DNA of 64,000 nt from NCBI RefSeq assembly GCF_003991155.1, contig NZ_CP031294.1. The stretch is one strand, 5' to 3'. The position numbers and the translations under genes are program-made. Below the pieces are notes generated by a model that saw only the letters and a program-made list of their open reading frames with translations, was not told where the DNA came from and searched no databases. Numbering within the stretch: position 1 is the first letter of the stretch; every line of letters begins with the position of its first letter. This DNA comes from Escherichia coli. Lineage in GTDB: Bacteria > Pseudomonadota > Gammaproteobacteria > Enterobacterales > Enterobacteriaceae. Positions 19,801 to 28,340 of this stretch are shown here, one piece after another.

Positions 19801-21421
19801 CGCCAACTACCCCCATGATCCCTGCTCGCATCAGTTTGAACGCAACCATCGCGGCCACGACCTTACCGAGATTAATTACCAGCTCTTGGTTCTTTGCTAA
19901 CCATTGAGCAAGCTGACGCAACCCATCGATTGCCGTCGTTAACCCCGAGCCTAAAGAATTGGCAAACGAAATCCCTTCGGCGCTATTCATGATTGAAGCC
20001 AGTTCTTTCATCCCCTTCGATAGAGAATCCAGATATCCGGCCTGACCAACCCGATCAGCAAATAACGTGAATGACGTCTGAAGTTGCGCCAGCGCACCTG
20101 TGTAGGTTTGCATCATGTCTTTCGCTGCGTTCTCATTCTCCGCACGCAGACCAACAAACATCAGAGACAACGCCTGTTTTGCCTCAACCGTACCGCTGGC
20201 AACGGCTTTAGTCAGTTCCCCCATAGTGATGCCTGCGGCGTCTGCCATTGCCTGCATCGCGTTAGGAACGGCTTCACCTAATTGCTGACGTAGCTCTTCC
20301 ATTGACACAACGCCCTTACCGGACATCTGCTGAACGGCCACAGCCGCACGTTTCAACAGCTCACTATCACCACCAAAACGAGCAACGGAGTCCACCAGCG
20401 CCTTCAGAGAACCATCGGTTGGATCTAAGCCAGCAGAACGAAACTTCACGAAGGAATCTGTTAACGCCTGCATCGCGAACGGCGCATTTTGCGCCATGTC
20501 TACGATGTACTTCATATCATCAGCGGCAGCCTGGCCCGGGTTGGACTTCTCCTTATTCAACCCTCGAAGCATCACCCGCATACGTTCCATTTCGGCCGCA
20601 GCTTCAACAATAGGCTTCTGCCACCCAAACATGATGTCAGTAACCGTTCTGGCTGCATCTCCGATCTCGCCAAGCAGGAAAATGTTGCCACGAAGGCCAG
20701 AGAACATACCTCCTTCGTTACTTTTACCGCTATGGCCAGAAGCGCCGCTACGCCGCCCGCTACCACCATCGCCACTTCCAGATGTACGAACGCGTACCGG
20801 CTTGCTAATCAGTTGCTGACGTCCGATAACTTCGTCCATCTGCTCACGAACCTTTTTCAGTCCCTCGGCAGCCTGACTCGTTGTGACACCCCAATTACTG
20901 AGTCGCTTCGTCGTGGTATTAAGGCGCGTATTCATGCCACTCACGGACGCAGAGGCTTCTTTGGCCTCCGTACCAAAGCGGCTTGCGCTTTTGCTTGCAT
21001 AGGTCGCCCAATCAGAGAAATCATTTAGCTCTGATTGCACTTTACGTAATGACGCGGTGAGTTTATCTACTGAAGAAGTTGTCGTATCGACGCGCTCAAT
21101 CAGGGCTTTAAGACCAGAATTGAGGCTGGTGATGTTGCCACGCATTTTACGCGTAGCATCTGAAGCAAGCTCAAAACCGGCAGCTACATCCTGTAGTTTA
21201 TCTGCCGTAGAATCGAGCTTGCTTTCCAGAACGCCAATGATACGGGCGACCGAACCCAAAGAGCGTTCAAAGGTTTGGATTTTTTGAGCAGGCTTTGTTA
21301 CCTGCTCACCAAATCGAGTAAGCAGTTTCCCCGCACGATCGATTGACGCTGTAAACTGTTTGTCTTCCAGCGACAGGATAAACTCTACGTTTTGTGACAT
21401 TCCCTTGTCATCCTCTGCCAA
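16829..21421 (-). CDS. tail tape measure protein
   Basis: 1530 aa, coiled-coil rich, hydrophobic segments, between G/T-like chaperone genes and M-like gene. Confidence 0.85.
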   Translation of the reverse strand: MAEDDKGMSQNVEFILSLEDKQFTASIDRAGKLLTRFGEQVTKPAQKIQTFERSLGSVARIIGVLESKLDSTADKLQDVAAGFELASDATRKMRGNITSLNSGLKALIERVDTTTSSVDKLTASLRKVQSELNDFSDWATYASKSASRFGTEAKEASASVSGMNTRLNTTTKRLSNWGVTTSQAAEGLKKVREQMDEVIGRQQLISKPVRVRTSGSGDGGSGRRSGASGHSGKSNEGGMFSGLRGNIFLLGEIGDAARTVTDIMFGWQKPIVEAAAEMERMRVMLRGLNKEKSNPGQAAADDMKYIVDMAQNAPFAMQALTDSFVKFRSAGLDPTDGSLKALVDSVARFGGDSELLKRAAVAVQQMSGKGVVSMEELRQQLGEAVPNAMQAMADAAGITMGELTKAVASGTVEAKQALSLMFVGLRAENENAAKDMMQTYTGALAQLQTSFTLFADRVGQAGYLDSLSKGMKELASIMNSAEGISFANSLGSGLTTAIDGLRQLAQWLAKNQELVINLGKVVAAMVAFKLMRAGIMGVVGAGSQMVSTFATMATAIQTPFNLGATAVTRFNRAARMGLAPIPSLIFAIRGAITGLKGAFAGLTAFIAANPIGAAFTVATVAVAGLITYMTMLRSETSKVVDEIRKIPEAMTAAKRAQMADRAEKLEKQILADQRALKTGEGVNYVSNSAGVITHKESKADIEARLKKNQEEYQKITGTIALGDGAVAKRLAKEAAESQIEKIRAENQIFAATFVKARQEALDKIQKINDDGSLSDDEKNKLLAPLRETVNKSYLEPAQKLVDSLSSRKNATEKQIATLNDQLEKAKKDGNTEQIQKLQGSIRGYQEHLEAVAQELTQAEFERDNAAKTGKGVMSNQGTVLGLGTTDKAAQKALAQYMRNQMDSATYQRTLPDGTPMMDFEGKPIIGPKQLKTQLNLQKASSASSLEKMSDEERAAAIAALTKAREQDAAAAEKAAQRSANASQRAAKKEQAAQQKLAAGYQKALDKADQLMGQMGESSKATVSFDQSLRDTTKSLTDLANAVPNEFITQEMIDKAKKRLEDLKNATPEYREMFNRRNVEQMISTWAPEADSIISAGYTPSREEKVADFEDTYNRNLKALIELRDKASDPKVVALYTKKINQLIAAGNTALIKETGTATQKLALEYENLAEQIESTWTDLFSGLTDVLTDFVINGKMSFSSLSQSILKDITNMVVKSQITLPLMNMLGMGTTAAGSSQSGNLLTGVASAVANQGVRISNTVNGDKSVGEATKETSSSVTGLGQTTQQTTSAIGTATNAIGSWVSGLFNSTEAKDAETKAVKDSIFSMQNLSSVTGALSAAFAMLGANASGSGNKWLNFGATVASGLVSVWAGGGFDGLMSGSSGSTSGFNNLTSSAADGTNGIPAIPKFANGGIFGKDGVIPLRAYQKGGIANSPQLALFGEGDMNEAYVPLPDGRTIPVTLSTDGMSGGGNVLSPVSIEINVHSDGSTTESGDTESIWNNAAQRMKAIALETIAQEKRPGGSLNPNTQRN

Positions 21422-21677
21422 ATATTTGCATCAGTTGCTCTTTGGCGTCAGGGTCTGCCTTATCCTGGCTTGGATCGTAGACTTTATCTGTTACGACTGG
21501 TCTTCCAATCCTGAGTTGCAAACCCTCCATGAACGCCTTCACAGCCTCGCCATCCGCCTGGGACGCACGAGCGACTTGTAAGTTGCGGACATCCTCTTCC
21601 GCACGCAGACGGTCTATATTGCGACTGAGCATCCAGAACATCGTGAGAGGAACGTTCAGTAGCTCTAATGGCGACAC
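21408..21677 (-). CDS. tail assembly chaperone T-like segment (probably expressed as G-T fusion by frameshift)
   Basis: Short ORF in shifted frame immediately downstream of G-like ORF; canonical position. Confidence 0.45.
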   Translation of the reverse strand: MSPLELLNVPLTMFWMLSRNIDRLRAEEDVRNLQVARASQADGEAVKAFMEGLQLRIGRPVVTDKVYDPSQDKADPDAKEQLMQIFGRG

Positions 21678-21757
21678 GGCGTAGTGAGCAACTACACGAC
21701 TGAAATAGAATCCGAGATCTATTGAGACGGTCCTTGTCCCGGATTCATCGCGGGAAA

Positions 21758-22075
21758 TTACTTTGCCCCTTCGCCAGCCGCTTTTTCGTTTTCTTCATCA
21801 ATCACTTCCATAGCGAAGGTGAAGATCTGCTGGAGTTGCGGAACAGTCAGTTTTTCAAGAACTTCGTCAGGTACTGAAGGGATAACCTTACGAACCAGAT
21901 CTGCATAAGCTGTCACTTGCTCAACAGGAGACATGTTCATGAGATCTTTGCCTTCCATCTGCTTGATGGAAACGAACAGACCTACCGTCATTTCAACGAT
22001 GGGATATTCCTGACCGCCAAATTTGATGCTTTTCTTCGGAGGCAGAATGGAATCGAGATCGAGTAATTTGGTCAT
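21758..22075 (-). CDS. tail assembly chaperone G-like
   Basis: 105 aa acidic protein between major tail gene and tape measure gene. Confidence 0.6.
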   Translation of the reverse strand: MTKLLDLDSILPPKKSIKFGGQEYPIVEMTVGLFVSIKQMEGKDLMNMSPVEQVTAYADLVRKVIPSVPDEVLEKLTVPQLQQIFTFAMEVIDEENEKAAGEGAK

Positions 22076-22130
22076 TGGTTAAAATCCTTTTAAAAGAGAG
22101 GCCCATCCTGAGCCTCTGCTTAATTACTGA

Positions 22131-22877
22131 TTAATCTGCGGGGTTAATCGTTACTGACTTAGTTGCCTTCTTACCACCGCTATTGCTGGTGAAGGAGATA
22201 TTTGTAGAACCCTGCGCCACACCACGTACCAGACCCGTTTGATCTACCGTGGCCTTTTCCTGGTCTTCGGATTCCCAAACACCGGTTTTGTCTGCGGCAT
22301 CAGCTGGAGTGATTTCGGCTGTCAGTTGCACAGTTTCTCCAGCTTTTACGGTTGGAGATTCCGGTGAGATCGACACAGTTTTTACCGGTTTAGGACCGCT
22401 CATTTTGCCCAGAACGCCTTCATCATCCGGGTATGCGCTGAACTGAACAGAGAACACACGAACATCATCAGACTGGTAGGTCATAGTGAAGTTGCCCGCG
22501 GTTGCCGCTTTCGGGATGGTCAACACATAGTCGGTGGTGTCCTGCGGAGTCAGAACCAGCTCCTTCGCCACATCAATCAGGTTAACGCCCTGTGCAGATG
22601 TGATCGTGACAGAGTTGTCATCTTCGCTCAGAGTAGAACCAGGCATCAGGTCAACCATGTTTTGGAGTACAGACTCAGCCAGAGGCGCGGTGATGGTAAT
22701 GTTGCGCCCCTGAACTAATTCGGAAATTACGGTCTGCCCCAACTGATCGACGGTGACTTTCAGCGTTTCAGTGGCTACTTCAACCTGAACACCACCTTTG
22801 GTGTAACCCAAATCCACACCACCAAACGACACCTTACAGGCACCAAGTTTGATGTTTTTTACATGGGTATTAGACAT
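22131..22877 (-). CDS. major tail protein with C-terminal Ig-like (Big_2-type) domain
   Basis: Start set at internal ATG 22877 (MSNTHVKN) preceded by AAGGAG; C-terminal Ig-like repeat similar to the decoration protein domains. Confidence 0.7.
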   Translation of the reverse strand: MSNTHVKNIKLGACKVSFGGVDLGYTKGGVQVEVATETLKVTVDQLGQTVISELVQGRNITITAPLAESVLQNMVDLMPGSTLSEDDNSVTITSAQGVNLIDVAKELVLTPQDTTDYVLTIPKAATAGNFTMTYQSDDVRVFSVQFSAYPDDEGVLGKMSGPKPVKTVSISPESPTVKAGETVQLTAEITPADAADKTGVWESEDQEKATVDQTGLVRGVAQGSTNISFTSNSGGKKATKSVTINPAD

Positions 22878-22925
22878 TGATGGAAAACTCCTTTTTCCGT
22901 TAATTCTACGCATTCATTGCGCTAA

Positions 22926-22945
22926 TAGTAAGTATATACTTACTA
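22926..22945. promoter_or_regulatory. family-1 perfect 20-bp palindrome TAGTAAGTATATACTTACTA upstream of major tail gene
   Basis: Read directly. Confidence 0.55.
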
Positions 22946-22951
22946 ATTGAG

Positions 22952-23335
22952 TTAATTCAATAAATAGCCAGCAAATTCAACAGGAATGCCTGCTTCTATT
23001 AATGCCCCATCATTTTTGGGATAAATGATTGGCATCGCCATCGGTCGTACAAGTCGAAAATAAACACCACCAGATTCCGTTTCCTCTACTGGAAACATCT
23101 CAATGATTTTATGGGCTTTCTCAACCGTCGTAGTAATTGACGAACCACGCACAATGATTGTGAATGATTCGTGATAAAAGCCCTGTAGCTCATGATCGAT
23201 GCTGATGCCGGTATTTGGGTTAATAAGCAGGACGCCAGATTTCACATTGGCAGGCAAGTAGTGACAGAAAATGTCAGTCCCGACCGTGCCAATCTTTGCC
23301 TTCTGCATCAAACTTGCAAACGCTTCAATAAACAC
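22952..23335 (-). CDS. tail terminator-like protein (gpU position); start uncertain (GTG at 23335 or ATG at 23308)
   Basis: ORF track 22952..23458 overlaps upstream gene by 120 nt; GTG with GAGAGG SD overlapping upstream stop proposed. Confidence 0.4.
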   Translation of the reverse strand: MFIEAFASLMQKAKIGTVGTDIFCHYLPANVKSGVLLINPNTGISIDHELQGFYHESFTIIVRGSSITTTVEKAHKIIEMFPVEETESGGVYFRLVRPMAMPIIYPKNDGALIEAGIPVEFAGYLLN

Positions 23336-23336
23336 A

Positions 23337-23810
23337 TTAACCTCTCGTAAATCCGGCTTTTCTGGCAGCCTCAAGAATCGCTTCTGAGAACTGCTTCTCG
23401 CTAATTTCCACCGCTCTTTCCAGAAAGTGTGGCCCAACACGGGGTTTAACACCGGCAATTGGTGGGTTTGTCACGTTCTTCATTCGAGAAAGATAACCGA
23501 GTCGGTATTTACCCAGCTCCATGTACTTAGCATAGTCACCTACTTCTACGCCCGGATGCCCCTGACGTGGTTTTGCTCCAGACACAGAAAGCTCAATACG
23601 CAGCCCTGAATAACCTTCTTTAATCACCCTGGCAAAGATGGCTGTCTCCAGAGATCCGGTTTCCAGCGGGGCCATTGCACGGCTGAGACGCTCAACCAAA
23701 CGCGCCAGCTTTTCCATGTCCCGGATAAGATATCGCTTAAATGCTTTCTGGCTGTTGTTGAGTCGATTCCCCGCACGTTTGAACTGATGCGCATCGTATT
23801 TCAGACCCAT
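23337..23810 (-). CDS. tail completion / HK97 gp10-like protein
   Basis: 157 aa, position between head-tail joining genes and tail terminator. Confidence 0.45.
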   Translation of the reverse strand: MGLKYDAHQFKRAGNRLNNSQKAFKRYLIRDMEKLARLVERLSRAMAPLETGSLETAIFARVIKEGYSGLRIELSVSGAKPRQGHPGVEVGDYAKYMELGKYRLGYLSRMKNVTNPPIAGVKPRVGPHFLERAVEISEKQFSEAILEAARKAGFTRG

Positions 23811-24145
23811 ATATTCGCCCCTACTTCAAGATGCCCAGGTCTTCCTCGTAGCCCCCAGCGGCGATGAACACTGGACACCTTTAATTTTTGACCTTCAAGG
23901 ATCAGCACATCATCAAGTTGTACAGCCGCTTCTAAAGGGACAACTAACACAGCATCAAACAGCTCCAGACTCGCCTTACCACGACTACCAGAGCTATCAG
24001 CACGAACTGACGATTTCTCATTACTCTGTTCGAACTTAACCACGCCGACATTCGTCTTCCTGACGAATTGTAATTGCGCCTCGCCGTAAACGTTCTTTGC
24101 GCCAAAGCGGTAGATCGCAATTTCTGTTTGCCACGAAATATTCAT
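23801..24145 (-). CDS. head-tail joining protein (hypothetical)
   Basis: Start set at internal ATG 24145 (MNISWQ) with GAGAGAGAG upstream; position. Confidence 0.4.
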   Translation of the reverse strand: MNISWQTEIAIYRFGAKNVYGEAQLQFVRKTNVGVVKFEQSNEKSSVRADSSGSRGKASLELFDAVLVVPLEAAVQLDDVLILEGQKLKVSSVHRRWGLRGRPGHLEVGANIWV

Positions 24146-24224
24146 GCTCTCTCTCTGTTGTTGTCGGTCGCTCTCATTACTGGCCAAAAACCCTTTCGAC
24201 CAAAAGTAAATAATGCGACTGGCG

Positions 24225-25058
24225 TTACGCACGGCGAACAATCATACGGTTGTTGATGTAACTGACCAGCAAGCGCCAGGTACTGCGAGCCACATGAACG
24301 TTTGCAGCTTTACCGGTACGGTACATGTTGGTTGTTTCACCGATTGACTCTGACAAAATGCCATCCTCTCGTGCTGCGGCAACATCATTGCCATTTGCGA
24401 TCTCACACGCTTCGTTGACAACGGCAAGCATCAACGCTTCTTTGAAGTAGTCAGGGAACTCTTCAAACTTCTCCTGCGTCATCTTTTCCCAATCGACTAA
24501 ATCATGCCGGTACGCTCCATCTGCTCCCCACGGAATGTCATACACATTCAGCATATTTTGAGGGCGATCGTATCGGTCAAAGTCGATACGTAGAATTTTG
24601 CGGATTGAGAACGGTAAAGTTTTAATTCGTCTGGTAGCCTCAATGAGACGCTTGCGCATTAAGCCTTCACCATCCGACAGCAAAGTGTCCCCATTCAGCA
24701 TATCGATCGCCTGCATTTGAGCATCAGCGACAGTTGCAAACGACTGTTCTGGTATCGACAGTTCAAAACTATTCAGCAGAACATACATTTGCCGCTCTTC
24801 ATGCGTCAGACCCGATGCAACAGCCTTCACAATGACGTACCGCAGATCGCGTTCTTTCTCAGAGAGCTGGTTATATTCAGCCGACACGACAACCGGAATC
24901 GACATTTGACCGCTGGTAATTTCTAGCGGCTCGCCATCAACGAGAATAGCCCCGGTGCTGTCCTTTACTGTGTAGGTAGCAGATTCGATATCCAGCACGT
25001 TGAAGGCAAATGAAAGGGAAACAGCTTCACCGCTACGATACGAGTCGATCTGCGCCAT
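24225..25058 (-). CDS. phage structural protein (head completion/connector candidate)
   Basis: 277 aa in head-tail joining region. Confidence 0.45.
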   Translation of the reverse strand: MAQIDSYRSGEAVSLSFAFNVLDIESATYTVKDSTGAILVDGEPLEITSGQMSIPVVVSAEYNQLSEKERDLRYVIVKAVASGLTHEERQMYVLLNSFELSIPEQSFATVADAQMQAIDMLNGDTLLSDGEGLMRKRLIEATRRIKTLPFSIRKILRIDFDRYDRPQNMLNVYDIPWGADGAYRHDLVDWEKMTQEKFEEFPDYFKEALMLAVVNEACEIANGNDVAAAREDGILSESIGETTNMYRTGKAANVHVARSTWRLLVSYINNRMIVRRA

Positions 25059-25492
25059 TACTCACCGCCTTGTGCTTTCAGGATGCCTTCAATCATCTCG
25101 ACAATTCCTTTCGCTTTGACACCAACCTGATTACCAATCACACGTAGACCGGCAATGCCTTCATTGTCTGCAATTGACTCCAACTCTTCTCGTGTGAAAG
25201 TCTGGATCTGTTTGGCCGGTTCATCTGGTGTCCCACGTTTCATTGGCACAATGTCAGGTGCTGCTGGCTCGGTAATCAGGTCTGCGGTCAACTCGCCACG
25301 ATCACTGTATGCGGCAGACGGAGAAACATTTTTGCCCTCGACTGTTGATGCTCGCATTGAGGCACAAATCCTTTGCTGATCGATAAAAGGCAACTCCGCT
25401 ACGGACACCCCGTTCTCGAACTGAACGCCGCACAACATTCCCGAATAACCGGAAAATTGCGGTTCTAATAAAACAATTTTTGCTGGTTTCAT
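25058..25492 (-). CDS. phage hypothetical protein
   Basis: 144 aa, translationally coupled to downstream gene. Confidence 0.45.
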   Translation of the reverse strand: MKPAKIVLLEPQFSGYSGMLCGVQFENGVSVAELPFIDQQRICASMRASTVEGKNVSPSAAYSDRGELTADLITEPAAPDIVPMKRGTPDEPAKQIQTFTREELESIADNEGIAGLRVIGNQVGVKAKGIVEMIEGILKAQGGE

Positions 25493-25536
25493 AACGCATT
25501 CTCTCTACATGGGCGGCTTTCGCCGCCCAATATTGA

Positions 25537-26457
25537 TTATTCCTGTGCAGCAGTGACTTCTACGGTCGCTGTCGCTTTGTGGCTACCATCTTGGGTAGTA
25601 ACCTCGATTGTGGCAGTACCAGCCGCAACGCCAGTTACAACACCGGTTTCGCTATCCACCGTTGCAAACTCGGTATTTTTGGATTCCCAAGTAACGGTTT
25701 TATTTGTTGCTCCTGCCGGCTCGACATTTGCGGTCAGCTGAACAGTTTTGTTTGCCTCAACGGTTGTGCTATTTGGGTCGATTTCGACGCCGGTAACAGC
25801 CACAACAGGCGCAGTTACTTCCACCGTTGCAGTTCCCTTTTTGCTGCCATCTTGGGAAACGATCTCAATCGTCGCAGTGCCAACTTCTACACCAGTAACG
25901 TTCCCGCTCTGGTCTACCGTTGCCTTGTCTTCATTTTTGGAAGACCAAGTAACTGCCTTATTCGTCGCATTTGACGGCTGAACATTCGCTTTCAGACTGA
26001 CTGATTTCCCTTTCTCAACAGAGGTTGAGTCTGGCGTTACCGTTACGGATTGAACGGCTACCGGATTTACGGTGACTTCCACTGACGCGGAAAGCTGGGT
26101 TTCCTGATCAGTTGCGGTAATTTTCACTTTGCCTGGTGCTACGCCAGTTACTAATCCAGTGCCGTTGACGGTTGCAATTTGATCATTGGCTGACTTCCAG
26201 GTGAATGAACTGGCACTCTTACCCATAGTAATACCTGCACTAAGTTGAACAGTTTTCCCAACCAAAACTGACGGTGAAGCCGGGGTTATGTTTACGGATT
26301 GGGAGAAGGGAACCGCCTGCAAACAAGCAGATAGCTGACTTTGTTGTCGCTCGGTTAAAGGTTCATCGGAGATAGAATTGGTAAATCCGGCACGGCACAT
26401 ATGCCCCGTAAAATCCGAAAATGCCTCTTCCGTAATCTTCATCTTTTGTTCTGGCAT
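25537..26457 (-). CDS. capsid decoration-like protein with three Ig-like (Big_2-type) domains
   Basis: 306 aa; three ~80-aa repeats with VTGV...AGTATIEVT pattern; directly downstream of major capsid gene. Confidence 0.65.
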   Translation of the reverse strand: MPEQKMKITEEAFSDFTGHMCRAGFTNSISDEPLTERQQSQLSACLQAVPFSQSVNITPASPSVLVGKTVQLSAGITMGKSASSFTWKSANDQIATVNGTGLVTGVAPGKVKITATDQETQLSASVEVTVNPVAVQSVTVTPDSTSVEKGKSVSLKANVQPSNATNKAVTWSSKNEDKATVDQSGNVTGVEVGTATIEIVSQDGSKKGTATVEVTAPVVAVTGVEIDPNSTTVEANKTVQLTANVEPAGATNKTVTWESKNTEFATVDSETGVVTGVAAGTATIEVTTQDGSHKATATVEVTAAQE

Positions 26458-26467
26458 TTCTCGCTCC

Positions 26468-26499
26468 TACAAAAAGGGTGGGCGTATAGCCCACCCTTT
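26468..26499 (-). terminator. stem-loop with T-run between major capsid and decoration genes (attenuator/terminator)
   Basis: aaagggtgggc-gtata-gcccaccctttt read directly; followed by SD and ATG of next gene. Confidence 0.5.
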
Positions 26500-26530
26500 A
26501 ACATAGATAATTACTTATCTACTTCACTGA

Positions 26531-27406
26531 TTAAATTTTTACATTGGTCAGTGCAGCGATAGCCTTATCGTGCTTATTCGCCAGAGAGCAGTACCACTTC
26601 ACACGGGTACGTACTGCGTCTTTGTTCTGTACAGTACCAATGTTTTCAACAACGATACCTGCGTTGTCGCCGCCATACAGACCAGTAACGCCGTTCTCTT
26701 CTGACAGATGCAGGCAGTAGATGCTTGCTTTGCCAGAATCGGTCGGGATGAAGTCGTTGATGATGAACGGAACGCCGTTATGACACAGCATCGGACGACC
26801 GAAGTTCTCCATCATGATTTCAGACGGACCTACGTTTACTGTACGCAGCAGCGCACGGTAAGCACGCAGGTGCTCTGAACGCATCATGATGCAGTCAGCA
26901 CCAAGATCTTTCACCGCATCGACCAGTTCGTCGAACATAGAGAAAGTCATAGATGCACCGGCGATATCGATCTTCTGATCTGCGTGCATCAGGCGTGGAA
27001 TGCCGTCAAACGCCTTGTTGTTGGAGCTGGAGTCACCCAAAATCAGGTTGCGACGGAACGCACGAGCCAGACCTTTAACTTTCTGACGAACCTGAATAGC
27101 CAACTGGTTGTTGGTGTCGGCCATAGTGGTCGCCAGGAATTTATCAACGTCTACGTCACCAGCCAGAATACGCAGTTTCGCAACGCATTCTTCGAAGGTT
27201 GCTGCACCTTCAGGGATGGTGTCGTTAACGTCGATGAAGGTAGCTTCACTCAGCGTTTTTTCACGGTTGTACAGATATGCCTTTGAATTAATTTTCATAA
27301 AAGGCAGGATGGCAAACAGGTCATCGCGATCGATGATAGTTTCGATCACACCCTGTTCAAGTTCGTTGTTAGACAGCTTTTCAGCTTCTTCACGCAGTAA
27401 TGGCAT
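26531..27406 (-). CDS. major capsid protein (HK97-fold candidate)
   Basis: 291 aa, position between scaffold and decoration genes. Confidence 0.7.
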   Translation of the reverse strand: MPLLREEAEKLSNNELEQGVIETIIDRDDLFAILPFMKINSKAYLYNREKTLSEATFIDVNDTIPEGAATFEECVAKLRILAGDVDVDKFLATTMADTNNQLAIQVRQKVKGLARAFRRNLILGDSSSNNKAFDGIPRLMHADQKIDIAGASMTFSMFDELVDAVKDLGADCIMMRSEHLRAYRALLRTVNVGPSEIMMENFGRPMLCHNGVPFIINDFIPTDSGKASIYCLHLSEENGVTGLYGGDNAGIVVENIGTVQNKDAVRTRVKWYCSLANKHDKAIAALTNVKI

Positions 27407-27431
27407 CTATCAATTCCCTTTGATTTAGATG

Positions 27432-28319
27432 TTACTTAAGTCCAATTTTCCCCAGACCGGAGGCCAACTTATCCATAGTCGACTTGTTCTTCGGTTGGGA
27501 TATTGTGTAGGTCGATTTGGAATGTGAGCCTACACCCTGCTTGGCTTCGCTACGCATCAATGCGTCAGCTTCCGGATCTGCCCGCACAATGCGTTCAATC
27601 GCGGATTCAAACGGCAACGGCTTACCTTCACCGTCAACCAGAACAGCTCGTTCTTTGTGACCTGCCGGTTTGTCATAACCCACTACGCTACCGTCTTCAC
27701 CCACTTCAAAATGAGAACCGTAGATCACGCGGGCTTTTGCCGGGGTCATCAGAACTTTGTCACGTAGGAAGAGAGAGTTACTGAAGGAAGCGCCCACGGT
27801 CATCTCGACTAATTGAGATTTCAGTGATGCGTTTTCACTTTCCAGTGCTGCATAACGTTCGTCACGCTGTGCCAGCTCTGCCTGGTGTGCTTCGATCATC
27901 TGTTTTTTAACAGCATCGAACTCACCACGACGCTCCAGTTCAGCTTGCTCCGCCTCACGACGTGCGTTTTCTGCGGCCTGTTCAGCTTCTAAAAGCTGGC
28001 GAGCACGAGCCGGATCGATATCACCGTACTGAGCAAGCTGATCGGCCAATGTGCGCTCTTTCTCTTTGCGCTTCATGTTCTCCTTCAGCAGTTCAGCACC
28101 AGCTTTCTTGGTTTTACGAAGTTCGGCCAGTAACTCTTCCTGAGTCATGCCAGCGTATTCGTCATCGCCCTTCGGCTGCTCTTTTTGTTCACCCTGTTTG
28201 TCAGGATCTTGTGTACTCTGCTCATTATCAGCAGCTACACCGCCAGCGCCTCCACGCTCATGCGCTTCAGCGACATCCATCAGACCACGACGGGCCAAAA
28301 GCATTTGCCACAGATTCAT
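27432..28319 (-). CDS. scaffolding protein
   Basis: 295 aa, highly charged coiled-coil (EAEQAAENARREAEQAELERR), between portal and capsid. Confidence 0.6.
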   Translation of the reverse strand: MNLWQMLLARRGLMDVAEAHERGGAGGVAADNEQSTQDPDKQGEQKEQPKGDDEYAGMTQEELLAELRKTKKAGAELLKENMKRKEKERTLADQLAQYGDIDPARARQLLEAEQAAENARREAEQAELERRGEFDAVKKQMIEAHQAELAQRDERYAALESENASLKSQLVEMTVGASFSNSLFLRDKVLMTPAKARVIYGSHFEVGEDGSVVGYDKPAGHKERAVLVDGEGKPLPFESAIERIVRADPEADALMRSEAKQGVGSHSKSTYTISQPKNKSTMDKLASGLGKIGLK

Positions 28320-28340
28320 AAAAATTCCTTTTGTTACTTA

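Noticed and set aside
17127-21028. Multiple plus-strand ORFs (e.g. 17127..17669, 19461..19907, 20489..21028) antisense to the tape measure gene
   Set aside because: Embedded in a continuous 1530-aa minus-strand ORF with typical tape measure composition; treated as artefacts.
22877-22913. Upstream start (MRRINGKRSFPS) for the major tail gene
   Set aside because: It would begin inside the family-1 palindrome; the internal ATG at 22877 has a strong SD.
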